From contig WRLU01000004.1 in assembly GCA_009777475.1 (NCBI GenBank), positions 8,582 to 72,581 of the forward strand: 64,000 bases of DNA, read 5' to 3'. This DNA comes from Oscillospiraceae bacterium. GTDB lineage: Bacteria; Bacillota; Clostridia; Oscillospirales; UBA929. The translations under genes and the position numbers were made by a program. Positions 35,638 to 44,998 of this stretch are shown piece by piece. Under the pieces are notes generated by a model. The model was given only the letters and a program-made list of their open reading frames with translations. It had not been told where the DNA came from and did not search any database. How positions within the stretch are numbered: the stretch's first letter is position 1; every line of letters begins with the position of its first letter.

Positions 35638-36162
35638 ATGGAAAAGTTCTCAAGTGAAGTTAAGGCACTGTCAAACGATGACATTGAAATAATTCTTTCA
35701 GACCAAGGAGATTTATACTCTGATGAGGAAGTTGAAATTTTATCAAACGAATTGGTAAGAAGAAGAGAGGAAGCTGAGATAATACGGATATCGAAAATAC
35801 CTGATATAATAAAATGCCTGAAATGTGATGGTCCAATATCGAAATTAGAAAAAGAATGTCCGTTTTGTGAAGCAAAAATAGATATTTCTAAAATACAATT
35901 CAATCTTATAGAGGATGAAAAGGATGACTGCGAGCGAAGTACGGCAAGTAAGATTGTTTTTGGTACATGGTTAACCAATGGCCTGGGGATAAGCGTTTTT
36001 GGTGCTATGGCATTTCTTGTAGGTGTATCCGACAAAGGACTTTCTACAGATGGTGGACATTCATATATGATGGAACCATCACAGCTTATGACCCTTGGAG
36101 GGGTAGTTCTTGCGGCCGGAGTTCTTTGCATCGGCATTGGAATAAATCTTACAAAAAAATAG
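35638..36162 (+). CDS. hypothetical zinc-ribbon membrane protein
   Basis: ATG 5 nt after AGGTGA. Acidic helical N-terminus, CxxC-x12-CxxC zinc ribbon (CLKCDG...CPFCEA), and two or three C-terminal TM helices. No family recognised. Confidence 0.55.
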   Translation: MEKFSSEVKALSNDDIEIILSDQGDLYSDEEVEILSNELVRRREEAEIIRISKIPDIIKCLKCDGPISKLEKECPFCEAKIDISKIQFNLIEDEKDDCERSTASKIVFGTWLTNGLGISVFGAMAFLVGVSDKGLSTDGGHSYMMEPSQLMTLGGVVLAAGVLCIGIGINLTKK

Positions 36163-36260
36163 AGCTTGATAGCTGGGCATTCCTGCCCCTCCGCCCTGGA
36201 TATGCAGACCGGGCGCGAGGGGGATTGCTCGCCAATGTATCTCCTTGTGAAAGTTTTAGG

Positions 36261-36289
36261 TTGAAAAAATAAGACCTTAGTGCTATACT
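36261..36289 (+). promoter_or_regulatory. SigA-type promoter candidate for purL
   Basis: TTGAAA, 17-nt spacer, TGcTATACT extended -10. Confidence 0.5.
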
Positions 36290-36355
36290 TCTCTCTGCGG
36301 GTTGATCTTTTTGCAGCCTTGGCAAAAGTCAAAGGCAGGGGAGTGTTTATTTTTT

Positions 36356-39300
36356 ATGTCAGAATCGCTAAATAAGGTTTTTCGGATTTATGTTGAAAAA
36401 AAGCGGGGATTTGACCAAGCCGCCTCAGCTTTACAGCTTGATTTGACTGAATTTTTGGGTGTGAAATTAGAGGCATTGAGGCTCTTTCTGCGCTATGACA
36501 TTATGGGAATATCCGAGGATGATTTGCCGCGCTGTTTGCCGCTTATTTTCTCTGAGCCTGTGTCTGATACGGCTTATTTAGACAGTTTGCCCGATTTACC
36601 GGGGGATACGCAGCTCGTGGCATATGAGGCATTGCCCGGTCAGTTTGATATGCGTGCCGATTCCTGCGCCCAGTGTGTTCAAATGCTCGTAGGCGGCAAT
36701 CGGCCGCAGGTACGCTGTGCCGACATAATTGCTATTACCGGCATAAGCCCGGAGGATGCCGGGCGTGTTTCGGAGTATGTAATAAATAAAGTGGAATGTT
36801 GCCCTGTTGAAACGGACAAGCCCAAGCCCTGCACACTAAACCGTGATTACCCGCAGCCCGCCGGTATTCCGGTTTTAACTGGATTTCGTGACTTGCCGGC
36901 AGATCAAATCAAGGATTGGATTGCCGGCTTGGGTTTAGCCATGGATAGGGAGGATGCCTTGTTCATGCAGTCGTATTTCCGCGGGGAGGACCGGGATCCC
37001 ACACTTACGGAAGTCAAAGTTCTTGATACGTACTGGTCCGACCACTGCCGTCATACTACATTTTTAACTGAAATTGAAAATATTGAAATTGAAGACAGTC
37101 GTGCAAGGCAGGCATATGACCTCTATCAGAAGGTTAGGGACAAAAGCAAGCCTGTCACCCTCATGGGCATAGCCACGGCGGCAATGAAGCATCTGCGCGG
37201 GAATGGAAAGCTTCCAGGGTTAGACGAGTCGGAGGAAATTAACGCCTGCACAGTACGCGTAAAGGTTGACACCGATGCAGGGGAGCAGGATTGGCTGATG
37301 CTCTTCAAAAACGAAACCCACAATCATCCGACAGAGATTGAACCCTTTGGCGGGGCTGCAACCTGTATCGGCGGGGCAATACGCGACCCGCTGTCAGGCA
37401 GGGCGTATGTCTATCAGGCAATGAGGATTACCGGGGCGGCTGATCCCAGAATGCCCATGGACAAGGCTATTCCCGGGAAAATACCACAACGCAAGCTTAC
37501 CCAAACTGCTGCTGCGGGGTACAGCTCTTATGGAAACCAAATAGGCTTAGCTACCGGGCTTGTGAGAGAGGTTTATCATCCAGGTTATGTTGCCAAACGT
37601 ATGGAGGTTGGTGCAGTAATAGGTGCCGTGCCAAGCAAAAATGTGAAGAGGGAAACTCCTGTGCCGGGGGATGTTGTTCTGCTTTTGGGCGGACGTACCG
37701 GCAGGGATGGAATCGGAGGCGCGACAGGATCCTCAAAATCCCACAGCCTAACCAGCATAGAGGCCTGCTTTGCCGAGGTTCAAAAAGGAAACGCTCCAGA
37801 AGAGCGTAAGCTGCAGCGGTTTTTCCGCAACAAGGAGGTTTCCTTGCGGATTAAGAGGTGCAACGATTTCGGCGCGGGCGGAGTGGCTGTGGCTGTTGGG
37901 GAGCTTGCAAATGGATTAGAAATAGATCTTGATGCCATGACAAAAAAATATGAGGGTCTGGACGGTACCGAGTTGGCCTTGTCTGAATCACAGGAACGCA
38001 TGGCAGTGGTGGTCTCTCCTGAAGATATAGACTTTTTCCAGGAAAATGCAGCAAAGGAAAATATAGAATGTGCCAAAATCGCCGAGGTTACTCAAGCTCC
38101 ACGCTTGGTGATGAAATGGAAAAACCAAGTGATTGTAGATATTGCGCGTGATTTTCTTGATACAGCAGGTTCCCAAAAAACCACATGCGTTAAAATTTCT
38201 GCTACTGCACCAAGTCCTATTCGGGCTTGGGAAAATGAAGATTTAACCGTCTCCGAAAGGCTTCTGCTCTTGGCCTCGGATTTGAATTTTTGTAGCCAAA
38301 AGGGATTGCAGGAGCGGTTTGACAGCTCAATAGGGGCTGGAAGCGTACTTGCGCCTTTCGGGTCAGAATCAGGAAACGCCCCCGAGCAGGTTATGGCGGC
38401 ACTCTTTCCGGCACCGGGCAGCCGTACTGCAAGCGTGATGAGCTGGGCGTTTGACCCTTATATAAATGGATGCTTTGACAGCGCGGTTTACAGTGTGGCT
38501 GTCAGCTTGGCAAAGCTGATTGCCGCAGGCTGCCCCATTGAGTCGGCATGGCTTACTTTGCAGGAATATTTCCCGAGGCTTGGAAGAGATCCGGAGAGGT
38601 GGGGATGGCCCGCAGGGGCTGTTTTGGGAGCCTTTTGGGTGCAAATGGGGCTAGAGGTAGCAGCAATTGGCGGAAAGGATTCAATGTCGGGCAGCTTTGA
38701 AAATTTAGATGTACCGCCTACACTTATCAGCTTTGCCGTTGCATCAGCATCAGCATCCGATATAATCCCATCTTATTTTACCAGACCAAATAGGTTTTTG
38801 TGTCTGGCTGAATCTACATTAGGAAATAATGGGTTTGGCGATATGAAAGAACTAAAAAACCTCTGGAAATCCGTCACGCGCTATATCAAGGAAGGAAAGA
38901 TTACCGCGGCTTATGCCTGTGAATTGGGAGGAGTACCGGGGGCACTGGCGCATATGTCACTTTCCGGTATAGGTGCTTGCATAGAACGCCGGGATTACAA
39001 CAGCGGATTGTGGGCTGTCAGTCCGGGGAGCATTGTGGTAGAATGCTCAGAACCGCTTGACGGTTTAGAGTTTTTGGGAAAAACCCAACAAAAACCCGAA
39101 TTACAAATAGGCACAGACTTTATACCGCTTGCAAGCCTGGCGGCAGCCTGGGCCGCTCCGCTTGAAAAGATTTTTCCTACTGCCGCTGCCAAAACAAACG
39201 ATCCTCAGCCGCCGGCGATTGAATCGTGCGTCCCGGAGGAAAAACCAAAAATACAATTTTCCATTCCCAATCGCCGTCCTAAGGCTGTTATTCCAGTGTT

Positions 39301-40072
39301 TCCTGGCACAAACTGCGAATACGATACTATGGCCGCGTTAGAAGCCGCGGGGGGAGAGGCAGAATGTGTATTGGTACGCAACCTTACCCCTGAATGGCTT
39401 TCGGAATCGGTATCGGAAATGCGGCGGGCGTTGAGGCGGTCACAAATGCTCATCATCCCAGGGGGATTTTCGGGAGGGGATGAGCCTGCCGGGTCGGCAA
39501 AATTCATCGCCTCATTTTTCTCGGAGCCTGGCGTAGCCCAAGAGGTGCAAAATCTTCTTGATGGAAGACAGGGCTTGATTTTGGGTATTTGCAATGGATT
39601 TCAAGCTCTTGTCAAGCTAGGTCTTTTGCCATCGGGGCAAATCCGTTTGCCCGATGAAAGCTTCCCAGCCCTTACATTTAACAGCATAGGGCGTCATCAG
39701 GCTCGGTATGTACATACACGCATGGTATCGGCCATATCTCCCTGGCTGTCAGCGTGCAGACCGGGGGATGTATATACCATACCTATATCTCATGGTGAGG
39801 GGCGTTTTTATGCCTCTCAGGAAATGCTTCAGGAGCTGGCGGTAAACAATCAAATTGCCTTTCAGTATTGTGATATAGACGGAAATATCGGACTAGACAC
39901 TCAAATCAATCCGGCGGGTTCTGTTTGGGCTATTGAGGGCATTTCAAGCCCGGATGGGCGGGTTTTGGGCAAAATGGGACACACCGAGCGGGCCGGACGT
40001 TATATTGGCAAAAACGTACCTGGGAATAAAATACAGCCTATCTTTGAAGGCGGCGTTAAATATTTCGCCTGA
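36356..40072 (+). CDS. purL: phosphoribosylformylglycinamidine synthase, large single-chain form (synthetase plus glutaminase domains)
   Basis: About 1240-aa FGAM synthase: ...ETHNHPTEIEPFGGAATCIGG..., the AIR-synthase-like duplication, and a C-terminal class I glutamine amidotransferase (GICNGFQAL, HGEGRF). Confidence 0.9.
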   Translation: MSESLNKVFRIYVEKKRGFDQAASALQLDLTEFLGVKLEALRLFLRYDIMGISEDDLPRCLPLIFSEPVSDTAYLDSLPDLPGDTQLVAYEALPGQFDMRADSCAQCVQMLVGGNRPQVRCADIIAITGISPEDAGRVSEYVINKVECCPVETDKPKPCTLNRDYPQPAGIPVLTGFRDLPADQIKDWIAGLGLAMDREDALFMQSYFRGEDRDPTLTEVKVLDTYWSDHCRHTTFLTEIENIEIEDSRARQAYDLYQKVRDKSKPVTLMGIATAAMKHLRGNGKLPGLDESEEINACTVRVKVDTDAGEQDWLMLFKNETHNHPTEIEPFGGAATCIGGAIRDPLSGRAYVYQAMRITGAADPRMPMDKAIPGKIPQRKLTQTAAAGYSSYGNQIGLATGLVREVYHPGYVAKRMEVGAVIGAVPSKNVKRETPVPGDVVLLLGGRTGRDGIGGATGSSKSHSLTSIEACFAEVQKGNAPEERKLQRFFRNKEVSLRIKRCNDFGAGGVAVAVGELANGLEIDLDAMTKKYEGLDGTELALSESQERMAVVVSPEDIDFFQENAAKENIECAKIAEVTQAPRLVMKWKNQVIVDIARDFLDTAGSQKTTCVKISATAPSPIRAWENEDLTVSERLLLLASDLNFCSQKGLQERFDSSIGAGSVLAPFGSESGNAPEQVMAALFPAPGSRTASVMSWAFDPYINGCFDSAVYSVAVSLAKLIAAGCPIESAWLTLQEYFPRLGRDPERWGWPAGAVLGAFWVQMGLEVAAIGGKDSMSGSFENLDVPPTLISFAVASASASDIIPSYFTRPNRFLCLAESTLGNNGFGDMKELKNLWKSVTRYIKEGKITAAYACELGGVPGALAHMSLSGIGACIERRDYNSGLWAVSPGSIVVECSEPLDGLEFLGKTQQKPELQIGTDFIPLASLAAAWAAPLEKIFPTAAAKTNDPQPPAIESCVPEEKPKIQFSIPNRRPKAVIPVFPGTNCEYDTMAALEAAGGEAECVLVRNLTPEWLSESVSEMRRALRRSQMLIIPGGFSGGDEPAGSAKFIASFFSEPGVAQEVQNLLDGRQGLILGICNGFQALVKLGLLPSGQIRLPDESFPALTFNSIGRHQARYVHTRMVSAISPWLSACRPGDVYTIPISHGEGRFYASQEMLQELAVNNQIAFQYCDIDGNIGLDTQINPAGSVWAIEGISSPDGRVLGKMGHTERAGRYIGKNVPGNKIQPIFEGGVKYFA

Positions 40073-40103
40073 TAGGCATTGCAAAACAAAGGAGGGGTTT
40101 GCC

Positions 40104-40553
40104 ATGACCCGGATTGCGGCTCGTGAAATAGCTGTTCATATGATATATGCGCTTGATTTTTCACCTGATTTAGATGAAATAATAAAAACCAGGCTGAATC
40201 CGGGATTTTACCTGGATCTAGCCGGTGAGGACCCTGTTTTTGCTCAGCCCCCAAATGAGAAGCAGGCTGAATATATAAGAAGGTTAGTTAAGGGGGTTGA
40301 TGAACATCTGCCCGAGCTTGACGGATACATTGAAAAGTACGCCAAAGGATGGGGATTTGGCCGGTTGCCGCGTGTAAGCATTGCCGTCATGCGGGTGTGT
40401 ATGTACGAGGCCCTATACTGTCCGGATATTCCCCGGGCTGCCGCGGTGAATGCAGCAGTGGAAATTTCTAAAAAATATGAGCCGGGGGAAATGACCTCAT
40501 TTATAAACGGTATTTTAGGCACATTTATCCGCAGTGAGCTTGGCGATCAATAA
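40104..40553 (+). CDS. nusB: transcription antitermination factor NusB
   Basis: ATG at 40104 after AAGGAGGGG. MTRIAAREIAVHMIYAL... and the C-terminal ...AVNAAVEISKKY....FINGILG signature. Confidence 0.9.
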   Translation: MTRIAAREIAVHMIYALDFSPDLDEIIKTRLNPGFYLDLAGEDPVFAQPPNEKQAEYIRRLVKGVDEHLPELDGYIEKYAKGWGFGRLPRVSIAVMRVCMYEALYCPDIPRAAAVNAAVEISKKYEPGEMTSFINGILGTFIRSELGDQ

Positions 40554-40638
40554 GCGAGGCAAAGAAACTCAGGCTTGACAAATAAATATAATTGATGTAG
40601 TATGCAGGTAGCTTTCATGTGGGTTAAGGAGAATTTTG

Positions 40639-42789
40639 ATGATAAAGGTTTCTGTGGTTATACCTTGCTACAATGCAGAGAGGTATTTGTGTGAATGCTT
40701 AGACAGTGTTGCCGGGCAGACACTGCGGGAGATTGAGATTATTTGCATAGACGATGGTTCGACTGATGGTACATTGAGCATACTGGGGGAATATCAGAAA
40801 AAAGACTCAAGGATAGTTGTATTAAAACAGAAAAATTTGTATGCTGGGGTTGCGCGTAACCGGGGAATTGATGAATCCAAAGGGAAATATTTGATTTTTT
40901 GGGATGCCGATGATTTTTTCGAGCCGGATGCCCTGGAGCAGATGTATGACCAGTGCCAGGCAGATAACGCCGACATATGCGTATGCAGCTTTCGGGTTTA
41001 TGATGACTTGGCAGGTTGCTTGGTGTCAAGCAATCACGGCCTTAGTTTGAAGTATTTGCCGGAGGCTGTGCCTTTTTCTTGTCAAGATTATCCCGATGCT
41101 GCCTTTAGGTTCTCCTCTTCGGCACCATGGAACAAAATGCTCAGGCGGGAATTTGTATTGAAAGAGGGGCTGCAATTCCAAGCTATACAGCGTGCCAACG
41201 ATTTGTATTTTGTCTGTATGTCTGTTGCATTAGCAGGACGTATCACGGTGGTTGACAAAATTTTAGTTAATTACCGCCGCTTTACTGCCACCAGTTTACA
41301 GGAAACATCTACCGATATGCCGTTTGATTTTTATATTGCGCTGAAGGCCTTGCGGCAAGGTCTTTCTGAGCGCAATCTGTTTCAGCTACTTGAAAGGAGC
41401 TTTATTAATTTAGCGTTAGCTAACGCTGTTTATACTTTAAGTGTTCTAAAATCCAAAGAAACGTGGATTCGCGTTGTAAAGCGGCTGCGGGGGGAGATTT
41501 TTCGGGAATTAGGGGTCTTGGGGCATACAAAAAGCTTCTTTTTTCTCCCTTCGCATTATGATAAAATGAACTTTCTTTTGAATATCACAGAGGAAGAATT
41601 AGTGTTGCATGAGCCTGAATTGCGCAAGGATGGGAAAACCGCAAAAAAACCGAGTCCTGCAACTCAGGCGGGGCCGGATGGATTTTTGAAGATTTCCGTG
41701 ATTATCCCGGTTTACAATACAGAGGATTATCTTGAAGAGTGCTTGCGCTCAGTTATGCGGCAGACCTTGCGGGATATTGAAATTATATGCATAGACGATG
41801 GCTCTACCGATTGTTCTCCGGGCATTTTGGAAATGCTGAACCGGGAAGACGGGCGGATTCAAGTTTTGCGGCAGGAAAATCAAGGGCTGTCGTTGGCACG
41901 CAATGCAGGGATACGCGAGGCTAAGGGAGAGTATATCGTCTTTTTGGATAGTGATGATCTTTTGGTATGGTGTGCTTTGGAGCATCTGTACAATAGGGCA
42001 AAAGCGGATGAGTTGGATGAGCTGTTCTTTGGAGGGGAATCCTTTTATAAACCGGTGGAGCTGTATAAGGAATATCCTGTCTACAGAACGTATTATCACT
42101 ACAAAAACAGCTATGAGTCTGTTGAAACAGGTCAGTCGCTATTTGTGCGGCTAAGGGAAAACGATGATTTTAAACCCTCAGCCTGCTTGCATATGCTGAG
42201 GCGTGCCTTCCTGGAGGAAAGCCGACTTGCCTATTATCCTGGAATTATACATGAGGATAATTTGTTTGTACTGCAAAGCTTGATGAATTCCCAGCGTGCG
42301 GGGGTTCTGCCTGAACCGCTCTATCTGCGCCGTGTCCGCCCTGAGTCAACAATGACAACCAGAAGAAGCTGGAAAAACACATATGGGTACTTGGTCTGTA
42401 TCCGTGAAACCGGCAAAAGTATGGCAACGCTGAATATTGGGAATATGGATTTTGCCGAATCAATTGCGAAATATCAGGTACAGATGGGATGTTCGGCGGA
42501 AAAAGCACTGAAAAACCTGACCACGGAGGAAATCCGTGCCGAGCTGAGCAAGCTGCCAGCACATGAGAGGTCAGAGATTGCCCTTCTGCTTGAAAGTTTC
42601 CGGCAAAACAGGGTGCTGAAGGAGTGCGGCGAGGCCCAGAAAAAGAAGCTCTCCTACTTGCAGAAAAAAGTAAAGAGGCTGAATAAAAGGAACAATGAAT
42701 TGCTTCGCTCCCTGTCCTACCGCATAGGACGCCTAATTTCTGCTCCGCTGTGTTTTCTGCGGCGTTTGCTGAGTATACAGAAAAATTGA
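40639..42789 (+). CDS. bifunctional family 2 glycosyltransferase (two GT2 domains)
   Basis: Two copies of the GT2 N-terminal signature (VSVVIPCYNAERYL...IDDGSTD...DADD and ISVIIPVYNTEDYL...IDDGSTD...DSDD). Confidence 0.85.
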   Translation: MIKVSVVIPCYNAERYLCECLDSVAGQTLREIEIICIDDGSTDGTLSILGEYQKKDSRIVVLKQKNLYAGVARNRGIDESKGKYLIFWDADDFFEPDALEQMYDQCQADNADICVCSFRVYDDLAGCLVSSNHGLSLKYLPEAVPFSCQDYPDAAFRFSSSAPWNKMLRREFVLKEGLQFQAIQRANDLYFVCMSVALAGRITVVDKILVNYRRFTATSLQETSTDMPFDFYIALKALRQGLSERNLFQLLERSFINLALANAVYTLSVLKSKETWIRVVKRLRGEIFRELGVLGHTKSFFFLPSHYDKMNFLLNITEEELVLHEPELRKDGKTAKKPSPATQAGPDGFLKISVIIPVYNTEDYLEECLRSVMRQTLRDIEIICIDDGSTDCSPGILEMLNREDGRIQVLRQENQGLSLARNAGIREAKGEYIVFLDSDDLLVWCALEHLYNRAKADELDELFFGGESFYKPVELYKEYPVYRTYYHYKNSYESVETGQSLFVRLRENDDFKPSACLHMLRRAFLEESRLAYYPGIIHEDNLFVLQSLMNSQRAGVLPEPLYLRRVRPESTMTTRRSWKNTYGYLVCIRETGKSMATLNIGNMDFAESIAKYQVQMGCSAEKALKNLTTEEIRAELSKLPAHERSEIALLLESFRQNRVLKECGEAQKKKLSYLQKKVKRLNKRNNELLRSLSYRIGRLISAPLCFLRRLLSIQKN

Positions 42790-42833
42790 GATATGCCCTT
42801 TAGCTATAATCGGCGGAAAGGAGGTGTGGTGCA

Positions 42834-43835
42834 GTGGTCATTTTAGTAACAGGAGGGGCAGGCTTTATAGGAAGCCATACCTGCACAGAGCTTCTGGAGG
42901 GCGGATATGAGATTGTGGTGCTGGATAATTTTGTGAATTCACGGCCCGGAACCCTGGGGCATATAGAGGAGATTGCCCGAAGGGAGTTTCCTTTTTATGC
43001 AGTTGATTTGTTGCATGAGCAGGCTTTGCGGAGGATATTTAAGGAACGAAGGATTGATGCTGTCATTCATTTTGCCGGGTTAAAAGCGGTCGGTGAATCG
43101 GTACGGCATCCGCTCTGGTATTTTCACAACAATATAACAGGGACATTGAACCTTTGCAGTATTATGGCGGAGTTTGGTTGCAAACGCATGGTGTTTTCTT
43201 CCTCGGCTACGGTGTATGGAATCGATTCCAATGAACCAATCAGTGAGGAGGCTACGCCCCGGACGCCCATAAACCCATATGGAAAAACGAAGCTGATGAT
43301 TGAACGGATATTAGGTGATATTTGTGTATCCGATCCTGAATGGAGCGTGGTCTCGTTGCGTTATTTCAATCCCGCCGGAGCGCATACGTCAGGCCTGATC
43401 GGAGAGGACCCTAAGGGTATACCTAACAATCTTTTGCCCTATATCGCCAAGGTGGCGAATGGGGAGCTGGAAAAACTCTCTGTTTTTGGAGATGATTATG
43501 ATACACCTGATGGAACCGGCATACGTGACTATATCCATGTCGTGGATTTGGCCAAGGCACATATATGTGCCTTGAGGTATGCGTTTGCGCACACAGGACA
43601 GGATGTTATCAATCTAGGAACAGGGATGGGGTACAGTGTATTTGAAATCATTGCGGCATTTGAGAGAGCGAGCGGCAAAAAAATACCCTACCAGGTTGCG
43701 CCGCGGCGTCCCGGTGATTTGGCTGTCTGCTACGCAAATCCTTCTAAAGCCAAATCGGTGCTGGGCTGGAGCGCGGAACGAGATTTGGATGCCATGTGTT
43801 TTGACATATGGCACTATACACAGCGGAGAGGATGA
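42834..43835 (+). CDS. galE: UDP-glucose 4-epimerase
   Basis: ILVTGGAGFIGSH Rossmann motif, YGKTK catalytic motif, and full-length GalE collinearity. GTG start 9 nt after AAAGGAGG. Confidence 0.9.
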   Translation: MVILVTGGAGFIGSHTCTELLEGGYEIVVLDNFVNSRPGTLGHIEEIARREFPFYAVDLLHEQALRRIFKERRIDAVIHFAGLKAVGESVRHPLWYFHNNITGTLNLCSIMAEFGCKRMVFSSSATVYGIDSNEPISEEATPRTPINPYGKTKLMIERILGDICVSDPEWSVVSLRYFNPAGAHTSGLIGEDPKGIPNNLLPYIAKVANGELEKLSVFGDDYDTPDGTGIRDYIHVVDLAKAHICALRYAFAHTGQDVINLGTGMGYSVFEIIAAFERASGKKIPYQVAPRRPGDLAVCYANPSKAKSVLGWSAERDLDAMCFDIWHYTQRRG

Positions 43836-43841
43836 TATGAG

Positions 43842-44849
43842 ATGCTTTCTAAAATCAAACGCTTGATGTCATTGTTTTTACCGCCTCCGGCAAGGACATT
43901 TCATAGGCAGTCAAAGCTTTTGCTTGATGAAATACGTTGCCTACAGTGTAGCGTAAGGTCAGGGAACAAAGAGCTTGACAGCAAAATCAAGACCATCGGC
44001 ACAGTGCTTGAAGAGATCAGGGCTTTAGACAGCAAGCTAAAAGCTCTCAGCGGTAAAGCAGAGGACAGGGACAAATGGGTTAACGGCAAGCTTGAGTCCA
44101 TTGACAGCAAGCTTGAGGTAAAATCCAAGGTGTTTAATGACAGGCTTGACGCTTTTGACAGAAAGGCAGGCTATCTCCAAAAGACGGCCGATGAGATACT
44201 ATGGGCAAATATTTTCAACAGTACGACAGATAACAGCGATTGGCTGAAAATAAAAACCTTTTCCCCGGGGAGATGGGCGGCGGGGTATCCCTTTTTGTAT
44301 ATTCTGTACCGGGTTTTGCGGGACGTAAAGCCAAAGAGAATTTTAGAATTGGGCTTAGGGGAAACTACCCGCGTTATTTCCCAATACAGCGCAGAACATC
44401 AAGAAGCGGAGCATTTCGTTGTGGAACACGACCCCGAATGGATTTCATTTTTTACAAAGGCATCCCCGCTCCCCGGAAACACAAAAATTGTGCAATTGCC
44501 CTGGGGGAGTGTTTCCCACAAGGACAGTGAGGCTGTCCGTGTATATGAAGGGTTCTCGGAACGATTTTCAAACGGCAGTTACGATTTGCTATGCATTGAT
44601 GGGCCGCTGGGCGGAGATATGGAGCAGTATGCAAGGATTGATTCCCTCGCACTCGTGCCTGAGCATCTCTCTAGCTCATTTACGGTTATTGTTGACGACT
44701 ATGACAGGATCACTGAGCAAAATATGGTAAAAGATTTATGTGAAAAGCTTGACAGCGCAGACATACCATATGCAAAAGCATCATACAGGGGCATGAAGCA
44801 CGCATTTATCGCCTGTAGCACGGACAACCGGTTTTTAGCCTCGCTATAG
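43842..44849 (+). CDS. hypothetical protein: N-terminal coiled coil with DSK-type repeats plus C-terminal class I SAM-methyltransferase-like domain
   Basis: Repeated LDSKIK/LDSKLK/IDSKLE heptad-like segments. The motif ILELGLGETT followed by ...LLCIDGP... and ...IVDDYD... resembles methyltransferase motifs I to III. Assignment is tentative. Confidence 0.5.
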   Translation: MLSKIKRLMSLFLPPPARTFHRQSKLLLDEIRCLQCSVRSGNKELDSKIKTIGTVLEEIRALDSKLKALSGKAEDRDKWVNGKLESIDSKLEVKSKVFNDRLDAFDRKAGYLQKTADEILWANIFNSTTDNSDWLKIKTFSPGRWAAGYPFLYILYRVLRDVKPKRILELGLGETTRVISQYSAEHQEAEHFVVEHDPEWISFFTKASPLPGNTKIVQLPWGSVSHKDSEAVRVYEGFSERFSNGSYDLLCIDGPLGGDMEQYARIDSLALVPEHLSSSFTVIVDDYDRITEQNMVKDLCEKLDSADIPYAKASYRGMKHAFIACSTDNRFLASL

Positions 44850-44998
44850 ACTTGTGTCGATTTATACCAGCCCCCCATTTCCGCCGCACCTGGGGCTGGT
44901 ATAAAAATTTTATTTTTACCGTGTCATTTCCCGACTGTTTCCCTGAATACGGATATTTATAATGACCCTCATAAAACAATTACTAAGGAGGGCTTTCT

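Noticed and set aside
35424-36332. 302-aa minus-strand ORF spanning the spoIIIAH end, the terminator and the zinc-ribbon gene
   Set aside because: It runs through an intrinsic terminator and the purL promoter region. The translation is low-complexity, with no RBS and no recognisable domain. The plus-strand gene has an RBS and sensible zinc-ribbon/TM features.
36163-36355. Purine or ZTP riboswitch upstream of purL
   Set aside because: The promoter candidate leaves only about 65 nt of leader. Neither the purine-aptamer core nor the ZTP (pfl) GGGTCGTGAC...CCGCCTGGGCA cores are present. The CCGCCCTGG string at about 36209 is upstream of the promoter and lacks the 5' subdomain.
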